Source of the DNA: a virus
Lineage: Duplodnaviria > Caudoviricetes
Direction: 5' to 3' (one strand)
DNA length: 49,154 bases
Virus record (IMG/VR): IMGVR_UViG_3300005764_000024
Span: 1-49,154 of that record
Position numbers and translations under genes: made by a program. Position 1 is the stretch's first letter. Each line of letters starts with the position of its first letter. Of this stretch, positions 27,340-37,500 are shown piece after piece. The notes under the pieces were generated by a model. That model was not told the origin of the DNA. It ran no database searches and saw only the letters and a list, made by a program, of their open reading frames with translations.

Positions 27340-28243
27340 CCGCCGCGCCATATACGCCGAGCGGGTCGCTCCAGCCGAAGGAAAAGCGCTCCCTAGCCTT
27401 AAAACGAAGGTTCCCCGTGTCAAAATCTGGATCATCCTTAGTTTGCAAGGGAACGCGCGTGAACATCTTCAGACCATTAGGTACATCCGTAAGAATCCAC
27501 CAGGCTTTCGGGTTGGTGATCCAGTGATTCACACTCCAACCTTCGGGGATGGTTCCATTGGTGTACAACGCATTCACATCGTTGTCCGCGGTGCCCGGCC
27601 GATACTGGCTTCGCAACGTGCGGGTGGCGGTGAACACGAGCGCGGCCGGGATGATCAGCTTGCGCGGCTTGGCCGCGATCAACAGGCCGCGGTCATCGAG
27701 CCAGAGCGCGATGGTGGTGGCCGCGGCTTCGAGCGAGGTCTCGTTGAGATCGCTGGGAGTCGACGGTGTGTTGAGGTTGTAAGCGCCGCCCATCACGAGC
27801 GGATGTTGCGTGTTGCAGAGACTCACGCCGTCACCACCCGGGAAGGTGTTATCGAAAGAGTTATTCAGGATGGCGGCACCTTTGACCTGCTTGGTATGTG
27901 CCATCGATCGTGCCAACGCCTTGGTATAGCGCTTACTCAGTGAGTCGTATAAGTTATCCTCGAACGCCTCCTCAGTAATTGCGAAACCAATCGAGATGGT
28001 CTCATGCGTATACCTGGCCGTGTAAGTTTCCTGTGCATCATCGTAGTGAGTCGCCTGGCCTTCCGGTTTCACCGGGGCGGGTCCAAAGCCGGAGACTTTG
28101 GTCTCCTCTTCAAACGATCGTTCGCTGTTTTCGATCGTGAAGATCTCTTTGTGTTCTTCCGGGTAGCGTTGGTATTCGAGCCCGAACAGAGCGTTCAAGC
28201 CCGGCACTAATTCTTTCATCAGTTGTGCGCGTGATATCGCCAT
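27332..28243 (-). CDS. Major capsid protein (Mu gpT-like, HK97 fold)
   Basis: MAISRAQL.KEL.PGLNALFGLEY...SERSFEEE...ARYTHET...EDNLY...TKALARSM..TKQVK...DFDTGN.R.KARER.SFGWSDP; RBS AAGGAG. Confidence 0.92.
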   Translation of the reverse strand: MAISRAQLMKELVPGLNALFGLEYQRYPEEHKEIFTIENSERSFEEETKVSGFGPAPVKPEGQATHYDDAQETYTARYTHETISIGFAITEEAFEDNLYDSLSKRYTKALARSMAHTKQVKGAAILNNSFDNTFPGGDGVSLCNTQHPLVMGGAYNLNTPSTPSDLNETSLEAAATTIALWLDDRGLLIAAKPRKLIIPAALVFTATRTLRSQYRPGTADNDVNALYTNGTIPEGWSVNHWITNPKAWWILTDVPNGLKMFTRVPLQTKDDPDFDTGNLRFKARERFSFGWSDPLGVYGAAGT

Positions 28244-28255
28244 GGCTTGATCTCC

Positions 28256-28879
28256 TTACTGGGCTCCACCATTTAAGAAGCGGTGGACTCCGAAATTCCA
28301 GACCACCAGGACATCGGTGAATGCATCACCCGGCATCGAGCTGGCGCCCGGTGAAGGTGCCGCATTCACCACAAAATCGTAGATGCGAACCGCGCTGGTA
28401 GCGACCGCCGTAGCCGCGCTCGCTGCAACCAGCGTCACCAGGCTGTCGCCGGTGGTGATGCTGCCGGCACCGAAGCCGCCGCCTAACTGAGCGTTCATGC
28501 CGATCTTGTCGATGGTGACCGGGCCGTCAGCCTGGACCTGCATCACCAGCCACGGGTAGTCCATGATCTTCAACTTGACCTTGGTCGCCCCGGCCGTAAT
28601 GCCATTGGCCGGGAAATACTGGGCGTTGACAAAGCCACGGATTGGGTCCTGCCATTCCGCCCCCATGAAAACCCCGATCGGGCTATTGGCACTGAGGGTC
28701 GTAGTCGGAGTGGCCGAAATCGGCGCCGGCAGACCGCCGATCAGGCCCACCGGGTCGCCGAAAAAGAATCCTTTGGTTTGGTTGGCCGTCAGCGGATAGG
28801 AGTGCATGCCTGCAGAAAACGGCAGGTCTCCTAAGAGCTTGACGACGCGCAGGCCGTAAGGCCCAGCGATCTGGCTCAT
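28256..28879 (-). CDS. Probable capsid cement/decoration protein
   Basis: APYGLR.V-like N-terminus (GPYGLRVV), FFGDPV, GVFMG.E; directly upstream of MCP; RBS AAGGAG before ATG 28879. Confidence 0.7.
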   Translation of the reverse strand: MSQIAGPYGLRVVKLLGDLPFSAGMHSYPLTANQTKGFFFGDPVGLIGGLPAPISATPTTTLSANSPIGVFMGAEWQDPIRGFVNAQYFPANGITAGATKVKLKIMDYPWLVMQVQADGPVTIDKIGMNAQLGGGFGAGSITTGDSLVTLVAASAATAVATSAVRIYDFVVNAAPSPGASSMPGDAFTDVLVVWNFGVHRFLNGGAQ

Positions 28880-28935
28880 GCGCCTTCTCCTTGAAGCCGC
28901 CGCCTGGCGGCAACGCACATTGATGGAGGGCCGTT

Positions 28936-29421
28936 TTAGCGCGACTCGCGCCGCACAATCGGGCCAAAGCCGCGGCTGACCGTCGTCTCGTGCGATCGGA
29001 ACATGGTGCGGAAACGCGGGTCCTCTTCCGCGTCAAGCTGATCGTTGACGCTTTTCATTTGAGCCTGCGTTAGCCGGCGATAATGCTCCTGGCGCCGTTT
29101 CGACAATTCCGCGGACGCGCTGCACAACAACAGTCCCCCCACCTCAATCCCATCCGGCCAGCGCGTTCCATGGTCGGGTAGAATTTTCAGCTCGGGGTAT
29201 TCCGACGCCACCACCGGCGTCCACCCGTCGCGGAAGGATTGGGAGACATTGACCGGATCAGGCTGACCCATCGTGGCTGTGCGCACCCATCGGTACACCA
29301 GACCAGGCCGCTGATGCGGATCAGGCAAGGCGTTGGGCGGCACCCAATCCATCTCACGCGCCTCGGCCTCGCGCGTTTCATTTTCGCGCGGAGTCCGCGG
29401 ATCATCTGGCAGAGACTTCAT
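28936..29421 (-). CDS. Conserved head-module protein
   Basis: W.PP..LP.P..RPG..YRWVR....G..D..N.....R.GW.PV...E.P...IEVGGLLL. Confidence 0.75.
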   Translation of the reverse strand: MKSLPDDPRTPRENETREAEAREMDWVPPNALPDPHQRPGLVYRWVRTATMGQPDPVNVSQSFRDGWTPVVASEYPELKILPDHGTRWPDGIEVGGLLLCSASAELSKRRQEHYRRLTQAQMKSVNDQLDAEEDPRFRTMFRSHETTVSRGFGPIVRRESR

Positions 29422-30401
29422 TGGACTAACCCCCTCTCCTTGCCGGCTTCCTTGACTAACTGTGCGGCGTACTGCTCCGGCGTCAGCCCGAGCGAGCGCG
29501 CGATGCGCACCTGGCTCTCGCTGAGCGTCACCCGGCGCGGCGTGGCCGCGGCGCTACCATTGACGCGCGTGCCGCCGACCACCGCTACCGGCCGCCGCGT
29601 CTGCGGCTCCGCCGGCACCACCTCTTCGCCCTTCGGCTCCTCGGCCTTGAAACGCTGCGGGTAAACCTCGCGCAGGCGGCGATCGATGGTCTTCCAGTAC
29701 TGCTCGGGGTTCGCGGTCTCGGTGATACCCTGCTTTTCGAGACTGGAGTGGACCCCCATGGCAAATCCGGTAATCTCTTCGTTGCCTGGTGCGTTGAACC
29801 AGGGGTTGCGCTGCATCCAGGACTGCACGCCGGCGCTCAGCTGCGGCGGCTGCGGCGCGGCAGGCGGAGCCGGAGCCCCCGCGCCAGCTCCACCGTCACC
29901 GGCCGGCGCAGCCTTCACTGCTGCCGGTTTCAAGAGGCGCAAGCGATCGGCCTCAGCCACGTAGCGCGAGACTTCCTCGTTGGCCGTAACAATGGCCTCG
30001 GCATCGCCGGCGGCATAAGCGGCCCGCATGCGCTCTTTAGCGTGGGCCAGCTGCGACTCGGCCCGCTGGATGGCCTGTTCGATCAGGGCGGCCTCGCTGC
30101 GGCCGACGTTGGCCTTCAGGTCCTGATTTTCCTGGTAGAGCTGCTGCGCCAGAGTGGTGGCCGTGGCCACGTCCTTGGTGGACTGGATCACGCGGCGCTT
30201 CCACTCCTGGTTGACCGTCTTCAGGCTCTTGATGCGCTTCTGGGCGTCCTTGGCGTAGCGCGAGACTTCATCATCGGGCGCCTCGGCCAGGCGCTCGACC
30301 TCCTCATCAGAAAGCTGGGGTTTGCCGAGCTTATCGGAATCAGTCGCAACTTCGACGACCACTTCGCCGGGCTCGCCCGCTTCGATTGCTTCGTCTGCCA
30401 T
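29418..30401 (-). CDS. Capsid scaffolding protein
   Basis: Acidic N-terminus, coiled coil, W..RNPWF, and V.LS.SQV.IA..LG.T.EQYA C-terminus. Confidence 0.78.
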   Translation of the reverse strand: MADEAIEAGEPGEVVVEVATDSDKLGKPQLSDEEVERLAEAPDDEVSRYAKDAQKRIKSLKTVNQEWKRRVIQSTKDVATATTLAQQLYQENQDLKANVGRSEAALIEQAIQRAESQLAHAKERMRAAYAAGDAEAIVTANEEVSRYVAEADRLRLLKPAAVKAAPAGDGGAGAGAPAPPAAPQPPQLSAGVQSWMQRNPWFNAPGNEEITGFAMGVHSSLEKQGITETANPEQYWKTIDRRLREVYPQRFKAEEPKGEEVVPAEPQTRRPVAVVGGTRVNGSAAATPRRVTLSESQVRIARSLGLTPEQYAAQLVKEAGKERGLVQ

Positions 30402-30404
30402 AAC

Positions 30405-30803
30405 TCAAGGCCTTTCAATATCGGTTGGATCGCCGCAGACCACACCCTGCACGCTGTCGTCGTTGATCAGAGCGTACATGTGCCCCTTGACGACCATCCG
30501 CGTACCGGAATAGGCGCGCATCACAATCACGTCGCCCTTTTTGCACCAGGGGCCGCTGGGAAACTTGACTTTGTCCAGATAGGCATCGGGACCCAGAGAC
30601 ATGACCTGGGCGACCACCTGGGCGGCCTCCTCGATGCTGCGCGTCGACTCCGGCATCACCAGGTTGGCCCAGCGCTTCATCTGCGCCTCCAGGTCAGGAA
30701 TGCGCACCAGGATGCGGTAGCCGGTCGGCTCGATCACCCCCTGGATGCTTTCGGACTCCGGCACAGCCGGCACCACGATCGGATCGATAGAGACCGGCGT
30801 CAT
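30405..30803 (-). CDS. groES: Phage GroES-like co-chaperonin
   Basis: PTGYRILV...V..LGPDAY.D..KFP.GPWCK.GD.I....YSG.R......LINDD.V..VV. Confidence 0.85.
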   Translation of the reverse strand: MTPVSIDPIVVPAVPESESIQGVIEPTGYRILVRIPDLEAQMKRWANLVMPESTRSIEEAAQVVAQVMSLGPDAYLDKVKFPSGPWCKKGDVIVMRAYSGTRMVVKGHMYALINDDSVQGVVCGDPTDIERP

Positions 30804-31024
30804 AAGTCCTCAAAGCCCCCGTCCCGCTCCAGCTGCTCTGTCATACGGTTTATGGTACTTAACGCAAATTGTATACCATCAATTTGACCGCGGATATACT
30901 GGTACTGCGCAAAATCTGTCGGCGCGCCCGCCACGAGGGCATCCGTCCGGGCCGCAATCTCTTTCTCACACTGGCGCCGAAAGGCATATTCCAGGGTCTC
31001 CGCACGCTTGACCTCCTGCCTCAT
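30800..31024 (-). CDS. Small conserved helical protein
   Basis: L..G...DF.QY....G.I.G pattern; ATGA-coupled on both sides. Confidence 0.7.
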   Translation of the reverse strand: MRQEVKRAETLEYAFRRQCEKEIAARTDALVAGAPTDFAQYQYIRGQIDGIQFALSTINRMTEQLERDGGFEDL

Positions 31025-31992
31025 TTCAGGCGCACGACCAGCGCCGACCCACCCTTCCGCATAGGTTTGGCCTGCTTGTCATGGCCCCAGGCGTCGTGGC
31101 GGATCTGCTTGCGCAGCTGGTCCAGGCGGCGTGCGCCGGCGCTTGTGCTGCCGTCGCCCAGGGCAGCCACTGTGGGCGCGTCAATCACATACTCGCCATC
31201 GGAAAGCAGGACCGGCCGACCGGAAGGCGTGACCCCCTCGATCTCATCGCTCTGGCCGGTGCCCTGACCTTCCAGCAGGCCGCCGCCGGCACCGGCCAGG
31301 TCGCTCTCGTCGTCCTCCTCGTCCGGCTGCGGAGCACCACCGCCGGCCGGGGTCTCGTCTTCTTCTTCCTCCTCCTCCTCGCCGGGCTGCTGCTCCTGCA
31401 TATGCTTCTGCTCGACCATCTGCTGCAGGTCGGCGAGTGCCCGTGGCCCGAAGACATCGATGAAGTGCGCGATCGCCTCCTCGGCATCCGGGCTCTGGCC
31501 TTCGAGCGCCGCCATGGCTTCCATCACCACCTGGCGGGTCTGGTCGTCCTGGGGCGACTGCTGGTCCTCGGGCTCCATCAGATCCTCGGGGTTAGGCGGC
31601 GCCGCCTGGCCGGGCTCGTCCTCGCCAACTTCGCCCCCTTCGGCGTAAGGGAACTGCATCCCCGAGCCCGGCATGGCCAGCATCTGCCGGTTGATCATCG
31701 GCGTCTGGCGCAGAGCATCGAGCACGCGCCGGCGCATCGGATCGGGGTTGTAGAGATTGGGGTGAGAGGCTGCGTAGATCTGGCCGACGGGATCGACCGT
31801 ACCGCCGCCCTGCAGGCGCGTGGCGCCCGCGGTAAGGCGCCGCAAGTGGGGCATGGTGTGACGCAGCGAGCCCAGGCCGCTCGATCCCGTCGAGCCCAGG
31901 CCGGGGTTGCGGAACTCGCGCTGCGGCGTATTGGGCGCCATGCGGCGCTCCATGGAATGGATCGGATTGGTGTAACCGGCAGAGAGTTTCAT
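31021..31992 (-). CDS. Internal virion protein with xxxGG motifs and GxGTGxSD..LSDGEYV domain
   Basis: LQGGGTV, YAEGGEV, GAGGGLL, MRKGGSA; GQGTGQSDEI...LLSDGEYVIDA..VAALGDGSTSAGA..L. Confidence 0.75.
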   Translation of the reverse strand: MKLSAGYTNPIHSMERRMAPNTPQREFRNPGLGSTGSSGLGSLRHTMPHLRRLTAGATRLQGGGTVDPVGQIYAASHPNLYNPDPMRRRVLDALRQTPMINRQMLAMPGSGMQFPYAEGGEVGEDEPGQAAPPNPEDLMEPEDQQSPQDDQTRQVVMEAMAALEGQSPDAEEAIAHFIDVFGPRALADLQQMVEQKHMQEQQPGEEEEEEEDETPAGGGAPQPDEEDDESDLAGAGGGLLEGQGTGQSDEIEGVTPSGRPVLLSDGEYVIDAPTVAALGDGSTSAGARRLDQLRKQIRHDAWGHDKQAKPMRKGGSALVVRLK

Positions 31993-32270
31993 TTGGGGTC
32001 CTGTGGAGTGACGACGGTCAGATAGTAAGTTCCGGCCGGCTGGCCGGGAAAGGGTTTCAGCACCAGCATCCCGGTAGGCAGGCCGGCCATGGTCGCCTGA
32101 TCGCCGGGAACGTGGAGCGGATCGACCAGGATGAAGCGCGCGGCGATCAGCTCGCCCGGTGCCTCACGCTGGAACATGTAGTAGTTGATGGCCTCAGCAA
32201 GCTGCGCCAGGTAGGCCTGGTCATAGGCCGGCGGCGGCTGCGGTAGGGCCTGGCGAACCGTGCGAGCCAT
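31989..32270 (-). CDS. Small tail-module protein
   Basis: LPQPPPAYDQAY..QL...I..Y; coupled to the nozzle gene. Confidence 0.65.
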   Translation of the reverse strand: MARTVRQALPQPPPAYDQAYLAQLAEAINYYMFQREAPGELIAARFILVDPLHVPGDQATMAGLPTGMLVLKPFPGQPAGTYYLTVVTPQDPK

Positions 32271-34192
32271 TATCTCCTCCCATCCGGCTGCATGTCGGTG
32301 CGCAGCGTGCCCAGACGCCAGCTCACCCCCAGCGCCTCGCTCTCGATGCGAAACGAGATCTGCCGCTCGCGCACCCGGATATACTCCTCCGGCGTGTAGG
32401 GCGTGACTTCCAGGCGCGCCACCGGCACCTTGGCGCGGCCCGGCGCCGATCGGGTCATGATGGTAATCCCGAGCGCCTGCTGCGGCGCCGATCCGCGGAA
32501 GGTAACATCGGGAATCAGGCGCGAGAGAAACAGATAGTGCTCACCCCCATCGGCGTCGATGTCAGCAGACTCCACCCAAGCGGGCAGGGGCGAGCCGTCA
32601 TCGTCGTCGCCATACTCGTGGTAATAGAGCCGACTGTTTTTCCGATCGGTGGCCACGGGGTAGCTGGCACGACCCATATCCAGCCAGGCGGTGCGCTCGA
32701 TCGTCCCCAGGCTCCAGAGCTGCTCGCCGTAGTTGTAGATGACATAGCGATCGTTCTCCATGCTGGACGCGCTCGGGTAAAACCAGATCACTTCGGAAAA
32801 CGCATGATTGTGGCCGGCGTAGACTTTGTAGCCCTGCAGATAATTAAAGTCGTTGAAGATGTAATCCTTCAGCGCACAGGGCAGTTCCTGCGTCTGCCCA
32901 GTGTAGGCATAGAAGATGCCGCGATCCATCCAGAGCACGATCGAGCCGGTGTTGATCATGGCGTTGGGGCCGATAATCGAGAGGCCCTCGGCAATCGGCT
33001 CGAAGCCGAAAACATACGGCGTCCCGATGTATTTCTGGCTCCAGAGCCCGAGATCGGTCCAGATCAGGATCTCGGATGCGGTGCGCATCCCGCAGATGAT
33101 GTAACTGCCGGCAGAGAGCCGCTGGCTGCCTGCGGTATTGGTGCGCTTGGGGAACCATGTGTAGGCGTCCTCTTCAGTCGACCAACGGACCAGCAGCAGG
33201 TCAGCATCGGCGTTGATACCCGTCCCGGCTGGATTGATGTCCTCGCACCCCAAAGCTATCAAGTGGCGATCATTCGGGGAAACTAAAACCTGGCGGGCCG
33301 TTGCCGGCACGGCAACATCTGGCGTGAAGGTGACGCCGTTAACCGTGACCTGCTGATTGAGCGGCACCGCGCGCGAGCCCAGGCCGCCGGCCTGATGCCA
33401 GTAGTAGATCGCGCCACCGCGGATGTTGGCTACCAGGTCCTCGCCGAAATTATCCAGATCCCAGAGCCGCAGCTGATTGACGGTGGGGTCGGCCGGATAA
33501 AGCTGCGTCGGGTCCCAGGGCTCGCCCCAGCCGCACTGCCAGTTGGCCGGCAGGCTCGAACTGCTATTCCAGGGCGGGATGCCCCAGCCCATGCCGATTA
33601 CCGCATCGTCCAGGCCTGGCGAAATCAGGAAAATGGCAGTGACCGCGGAGCCGCCGCCGGCCAGGTTCGCCGTCTTGTTCGGCACCGGCATGTTGATGGT
33701 AATCGTATTGGCGTCCGGTACGGTCACCACCTGATACTGCGTATTCAACTGGCCCGCAGTGTAGACATCAAAGGCCGTCGCCCCACTGAACTGCACCCAA
33801 TCCCCGACCTTTGCCCCGTGGCTCGGGATATGGACCGTCATCGTAGTGGCGCCCAGAGCGCCCGTGGTGAAGGGATTCGAGCCGAGCACCGGAGGCTGCG
33901 GCGGCGCGGTACGCAGCGGCGTGATGTCGTAGTAGTTCTCGCTCCACAAAATGTAAAGGTGCGAACTGGTGCCCAGCCCGACATAGCGGTCGCTCTCCAT
34001 GCTCGACCACTGGTGAATGTGGCGGCAGGTGCCTTCCAGCGGCTCGGTGATCACGTTGCGCCAGCCGCCGATCTTCTCGGGGTAGCCCTGGCGGAAACGG
34101 ATCTTGTCGCAGTCAAACCACCCGCCCGAGTTGGAATACTCGGTGATCTCGCGGATGATGCCCGGCCGAAACTGCAACTTAGTCAGCGGCAC
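32270..34192 (-). CDS. Tail nozzle/DNA-stabilisation protein (P22 gp10/T7 gp12-like)
   Basis: MPL.KL.F.PGI..E...W.DCDKIRFR.G.PEKIGGW; W..DNFGEDL; RWS..ED; EVIWFYP; YNY.E..W..G...RTAW.D; PDGRR end. Confidence 0.8.
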   Translation of the reverse strand: MPLTKLQFRPGIIREITEYSNSGGWFDCDKIRFRQGYPEKIGGWRNVITEPLEGTCRHIHQWSSMESDRYVGLGTSSHLYILWSENYYDITPLRTAPPQPPVLGSNPFTTGALGATTMTVHIPSHGAKVGDWVQFSGATAFDVYTAGQLNTQYQVVTVPDANTITINMPVPNKTANLAGGGSAVTAIFLISPGLDDAVIGMGWGIPPWNSSSSLPANWQCGWGEPWDPTQLYPADPTVNQLRLWDLDNFGEDLVANIRGGAIYYWHQAGGLGSRAVPLNQQVTVNGVTFTPDVAVPATARQVLVSPNDRHLIALGCEDINPAGTGINADADLLLVRWSTEEDAYTWFPKRTNTAGSQRLSAGSYIICGMRTASEILIWTDLGLWSQKYIGTPYVFGFEPIAEGLSIIGPNAMINTGSIVLWMDRGIFYAYTGQTQELPCALKDYIFNDFNYLQGYKVYAGHNHAFSEVIWFYPSASSMENDRYVIYNYGEQLWSLGTIERTAWLDMGRASYPVATDRKNSRLYYHEYGDDDDGSPLPAWVESADIDADGGEHYLFLSRLIPDVTFRGSAPQQALGITIMTRSAPGRAKVPVARLEVTPYTPEEYIRVRERQISFRIESEALGVSWRLGTLRTDMQPDGRR

Positions 34193-34557
34193 TACTGCAC
34201 CTTGTGGCCGTTTTTCGATTCCAGATGATCCAGCTGTTCTAGCAGCGGTTCCAGCCAGCGCCGGTCGCTAGTCGTCACAAAACCAGGCTGCCACTCTTTG
34301 ACCATCTTGACCAGGCGCGCGAACTCGTCGCCGGTGAACTCGTACTCGGCCGGCGGGACCGGCCTCTGCTCCCAGGTCGCCTGCTGCATCCCGTTGACCT
34401 CGACGATGCGGAAATTGATGGCCTGCTTTTCCTCATCGCTCAGATCGATGCGGTCCTGCAAGCGCCAGAACAGGCGCACGTCGTCCACGCTGCCCCGCTG
34501 CGCGCCCATCAGCGCGTGCAGGTTCAATCGTTGGGTGTTGTCGAGAAGTAACTTCAT
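34192..34557 (-). CDS. Hypothetical protein (possible fibre assembly chaperone)
   Basis: ATG 34557 overlaps the fibre stop (ATGA); RBS GAAGGGAG. Confidence 0.65.
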   Translation of the reverse strand: MKLLLDNTQRLNLHALMGAQRGSVDDVRLFWRLQDRIDLSDEEKQAINFRIVEVNGMQQATWEQRPVPPAEYEFTGDEFARLVKMVKEWQPGFVTTSDRRWLEPLLEQLDHLESKNGHKVQ

Positions 34558-37500
34558 ACGCTCCCTTCCAGAACTTTCAGCCGGCGGCTCAATTCCTGCA
34601 CCGCTAGAATCAAGTGACAAGTAAGTACCGCTGGATCGTAAGTCAACAGAGGCGTTGACTCCTTATCTTCCGGGTGCAGCTTAGTGGGAAACGTAGAGAC
34701 GTAATCGGGCAGCACCGCCTGGAACTCCTGCGCCACTACCGCTGCCCCGCGCGTGCCCGAAGTGAACCCGCATTGGCCGCCATACTCAAACTTCTTGGGA
34801 TGGAGCTGATCGATCACCGACAAGCCGCCGGCCAGATCCACGATGTTCTGCTTGATCCGCGAATCCGACACATAGCCATAACTGATCATGACCAGATTCT
34901 GGGCGGGAACATCCAGTACCGAAAGCGCCATGCCACTGCCATTCTGAAAACAGAGCTGGGGCCGCGCCGGTGTGGCACCGCTACAAACCTGAGCGCTACC
35001 GCTGCTCACCACGATGCCGCCGATGCCGGGCTGGCCGTTGATCAGAAATTGGCCGGTGACGTTACAGTTGCCGTTGATCGAAACAGAATTCGTAATATTG
35101 AAATTGGTGCCATCCCAGTAGATATAGTGGGTGCCGCTGCTGCCAAAGTAGACCGCTCCCGTGCCTGTGTTCTGTATGCGGCAAACGCCCAGATCGCCAG
35201 CCTGATTGGTATAAGCACTGGCGTCCGTTTTGAGCCAGCCATTGGTGATAGTTTGAGAGCCAGTTAGGGCCAGGCCGTTTCCAATGCTCACATGATGGCT
35301 CATGGAGACATTACCGCTGCCCAGATCCACCGAGAAGGGGCGCAGACCGTTGAAAGCGCCCCACGGATCGCCGGCGTTGGTAATGAGCGGGCAGTAGAAA
35401 TAACTGGAATCGTTGCGGAGAATGCAGCCGTAACTACCGTAGGCCAGGCGGATCTGCCCGTAGGCAATGCCCGTGACGGTCAAAGGATCAATGGCGTTAT
35501 TGGCGGTAGTCCCGATGGCCACGTATCCGCCACTAGCCTGGAGGCTCATGCTATAAGCCGTACCGCTATCGGTGCGGCCTCCCTGAATCCAGCTCGTGCC
35601 GTTGGGGCCTAAGCCAAAATACAGCCCCCACGGGCCATTGCCGGTAATGGCGGCCAGAGCGCCGGAACTAGCGCCCTGGCCCAGGCTCATGGAATAAACG
35701 AAGGGACCGCCCGGATGGTAGACCTCGAAAGAGCAGATCGGGCTCACGGTATTGATGCCCAGACTGGAACAGGAGAAATTAGCGAAGCCCGAACCTGGGT
35801 TATCGAAGGTCCGAATTGTGCCGTTGGCGTCCATGCCGATCTGGTTGGCCACCCGACCGGCCCAGTGGAAGCTGATGCGCGGCGCCCAGGGGTTGGAGGC
35901 TTGACCGCCGGCAACCTGATTGGTTTCCCGCACCTGGATCGCAGCGCTCCCATAGCTGGTATCAGCCGTCGCGCTGCAAACCCAAATCGATTGCCATACC
36001 TGAAAATTGCCTTGAGTCACTACGACCGGGGCGCCCCGTATTTCCAGAGGTGTATTGGTACTCCACACGTCATTCCCGACAGAAATACAAACCGAACCGC
36101 CATAAGCCGCAGGGCCGCTGATCGCAAGATTTGCATTCGCCGCGGCATGGATAAAGACCGGATATCCCACCGGAGCAGCCGTAAGACCAATTACTACCTG
36201 CCCACCATTTGGCTGCAAAGACAGCGGATTGCCTGCGCCTGACGAAATCCGAAACCAGTAACTGGATGTGATTCCACCGAAGCTGTAATCGGCGTGCTGC
36301 GTCTGGTTATTCGACCACAGCTGCAGACAGCCACCGCTGTCGCTGTTGTCGTTCGAGATGACGGTCAGCTTATCGCCCGGCGTCGATGTTCCGAGACCAG
36401 CATTACCGCCAGAAGTAATGCGCATCCGCTCTACCGCCGCGGACGCCGTTGACACACGAGTCAGAAAAATCAGATCGCCGGCACCTCCCCCGGTATTCTT
36501 GGCCGCGATGCAGGCAATCGGCGGATTAGTCATCTCGGCGAATTCGAGCATCGGCTCGCTCCAGCTGGCCTCGCTTTCCAGGCGCAGGAACGGAACCCCG
36601 CCATTGAAAGTGACGCTGGGCGCGCCGCCGTTCGCCGCCACCGCCAACGGCCGCGTCGGGCTCGCGGTCCCGATCCCCAGAAAGCCCGCGCGCGTGAGCC
36701 GCATGCGCTCTGGGTAATTGCCGGCACCGTTAGCAAACACGATGTCATTGTTGGAAAGAATCACCGCGTTGCCGCGCCAGGCCGTCACCGAATAAGCCGA
36801 TCCCCCGATACAGAAGCCGGCATTCTGCGTGGCATCATTGATGCACAGAAAACCAGCCATACCGGCAGCCGCAGTCTCCTCATGCACCACACCAAAGTTA
36901 TTCACTCCGGCCGTCAGCACCATCACCGGATATTGAGCCCCGCCGCTCCCGCCAACCGCGTAGACGTAAACCGGAAAACTGGCATTGGCCGCGGTGCCCA
37001 CGCCCAGGCCGGCTAAGTTGTTCAACTGGTAGTTGGCCGCATCAATGGCGGTCAGCCAGGGCGACTGATGCACGCCCGGAATCCAGGTCAGGCCGGTCGT
37101 AGTCGCCGAGAGCACCGTGCCGGCCGCACCCTTCGGCAACACCGTCCAGAACCCAGGTGCAGGAGTCGCATCCCAGACCATGGTGTCGCCGCTGGCGCTG
37201 CCGATCGGTAACGATCCGCCGCCTCCCCCACCGCCGCCTCCCTGACTTTCGAGCGTGATATCCACCCAATCCGAACTCGGATTGTCGGCAATGGTCAGAA
37301 GCATACCGGGGCCGGCAATAAAGTTGAGCGCGTGGCGCGTGCCCGCAAGCACCGTGTTCTGGTAAACCTGAACCCGCTGATTGCTGGTGTTGTCGACCAC
37401 CAGGAAAGTGCGGTCGGCCGAAAGGTCGGTGGTCCCCGCCGGCGTGGAAGCCAGCCCGTAGCCGGGGCTGATCTTGCGCGAGGTCGGCACATAGCCCGCG

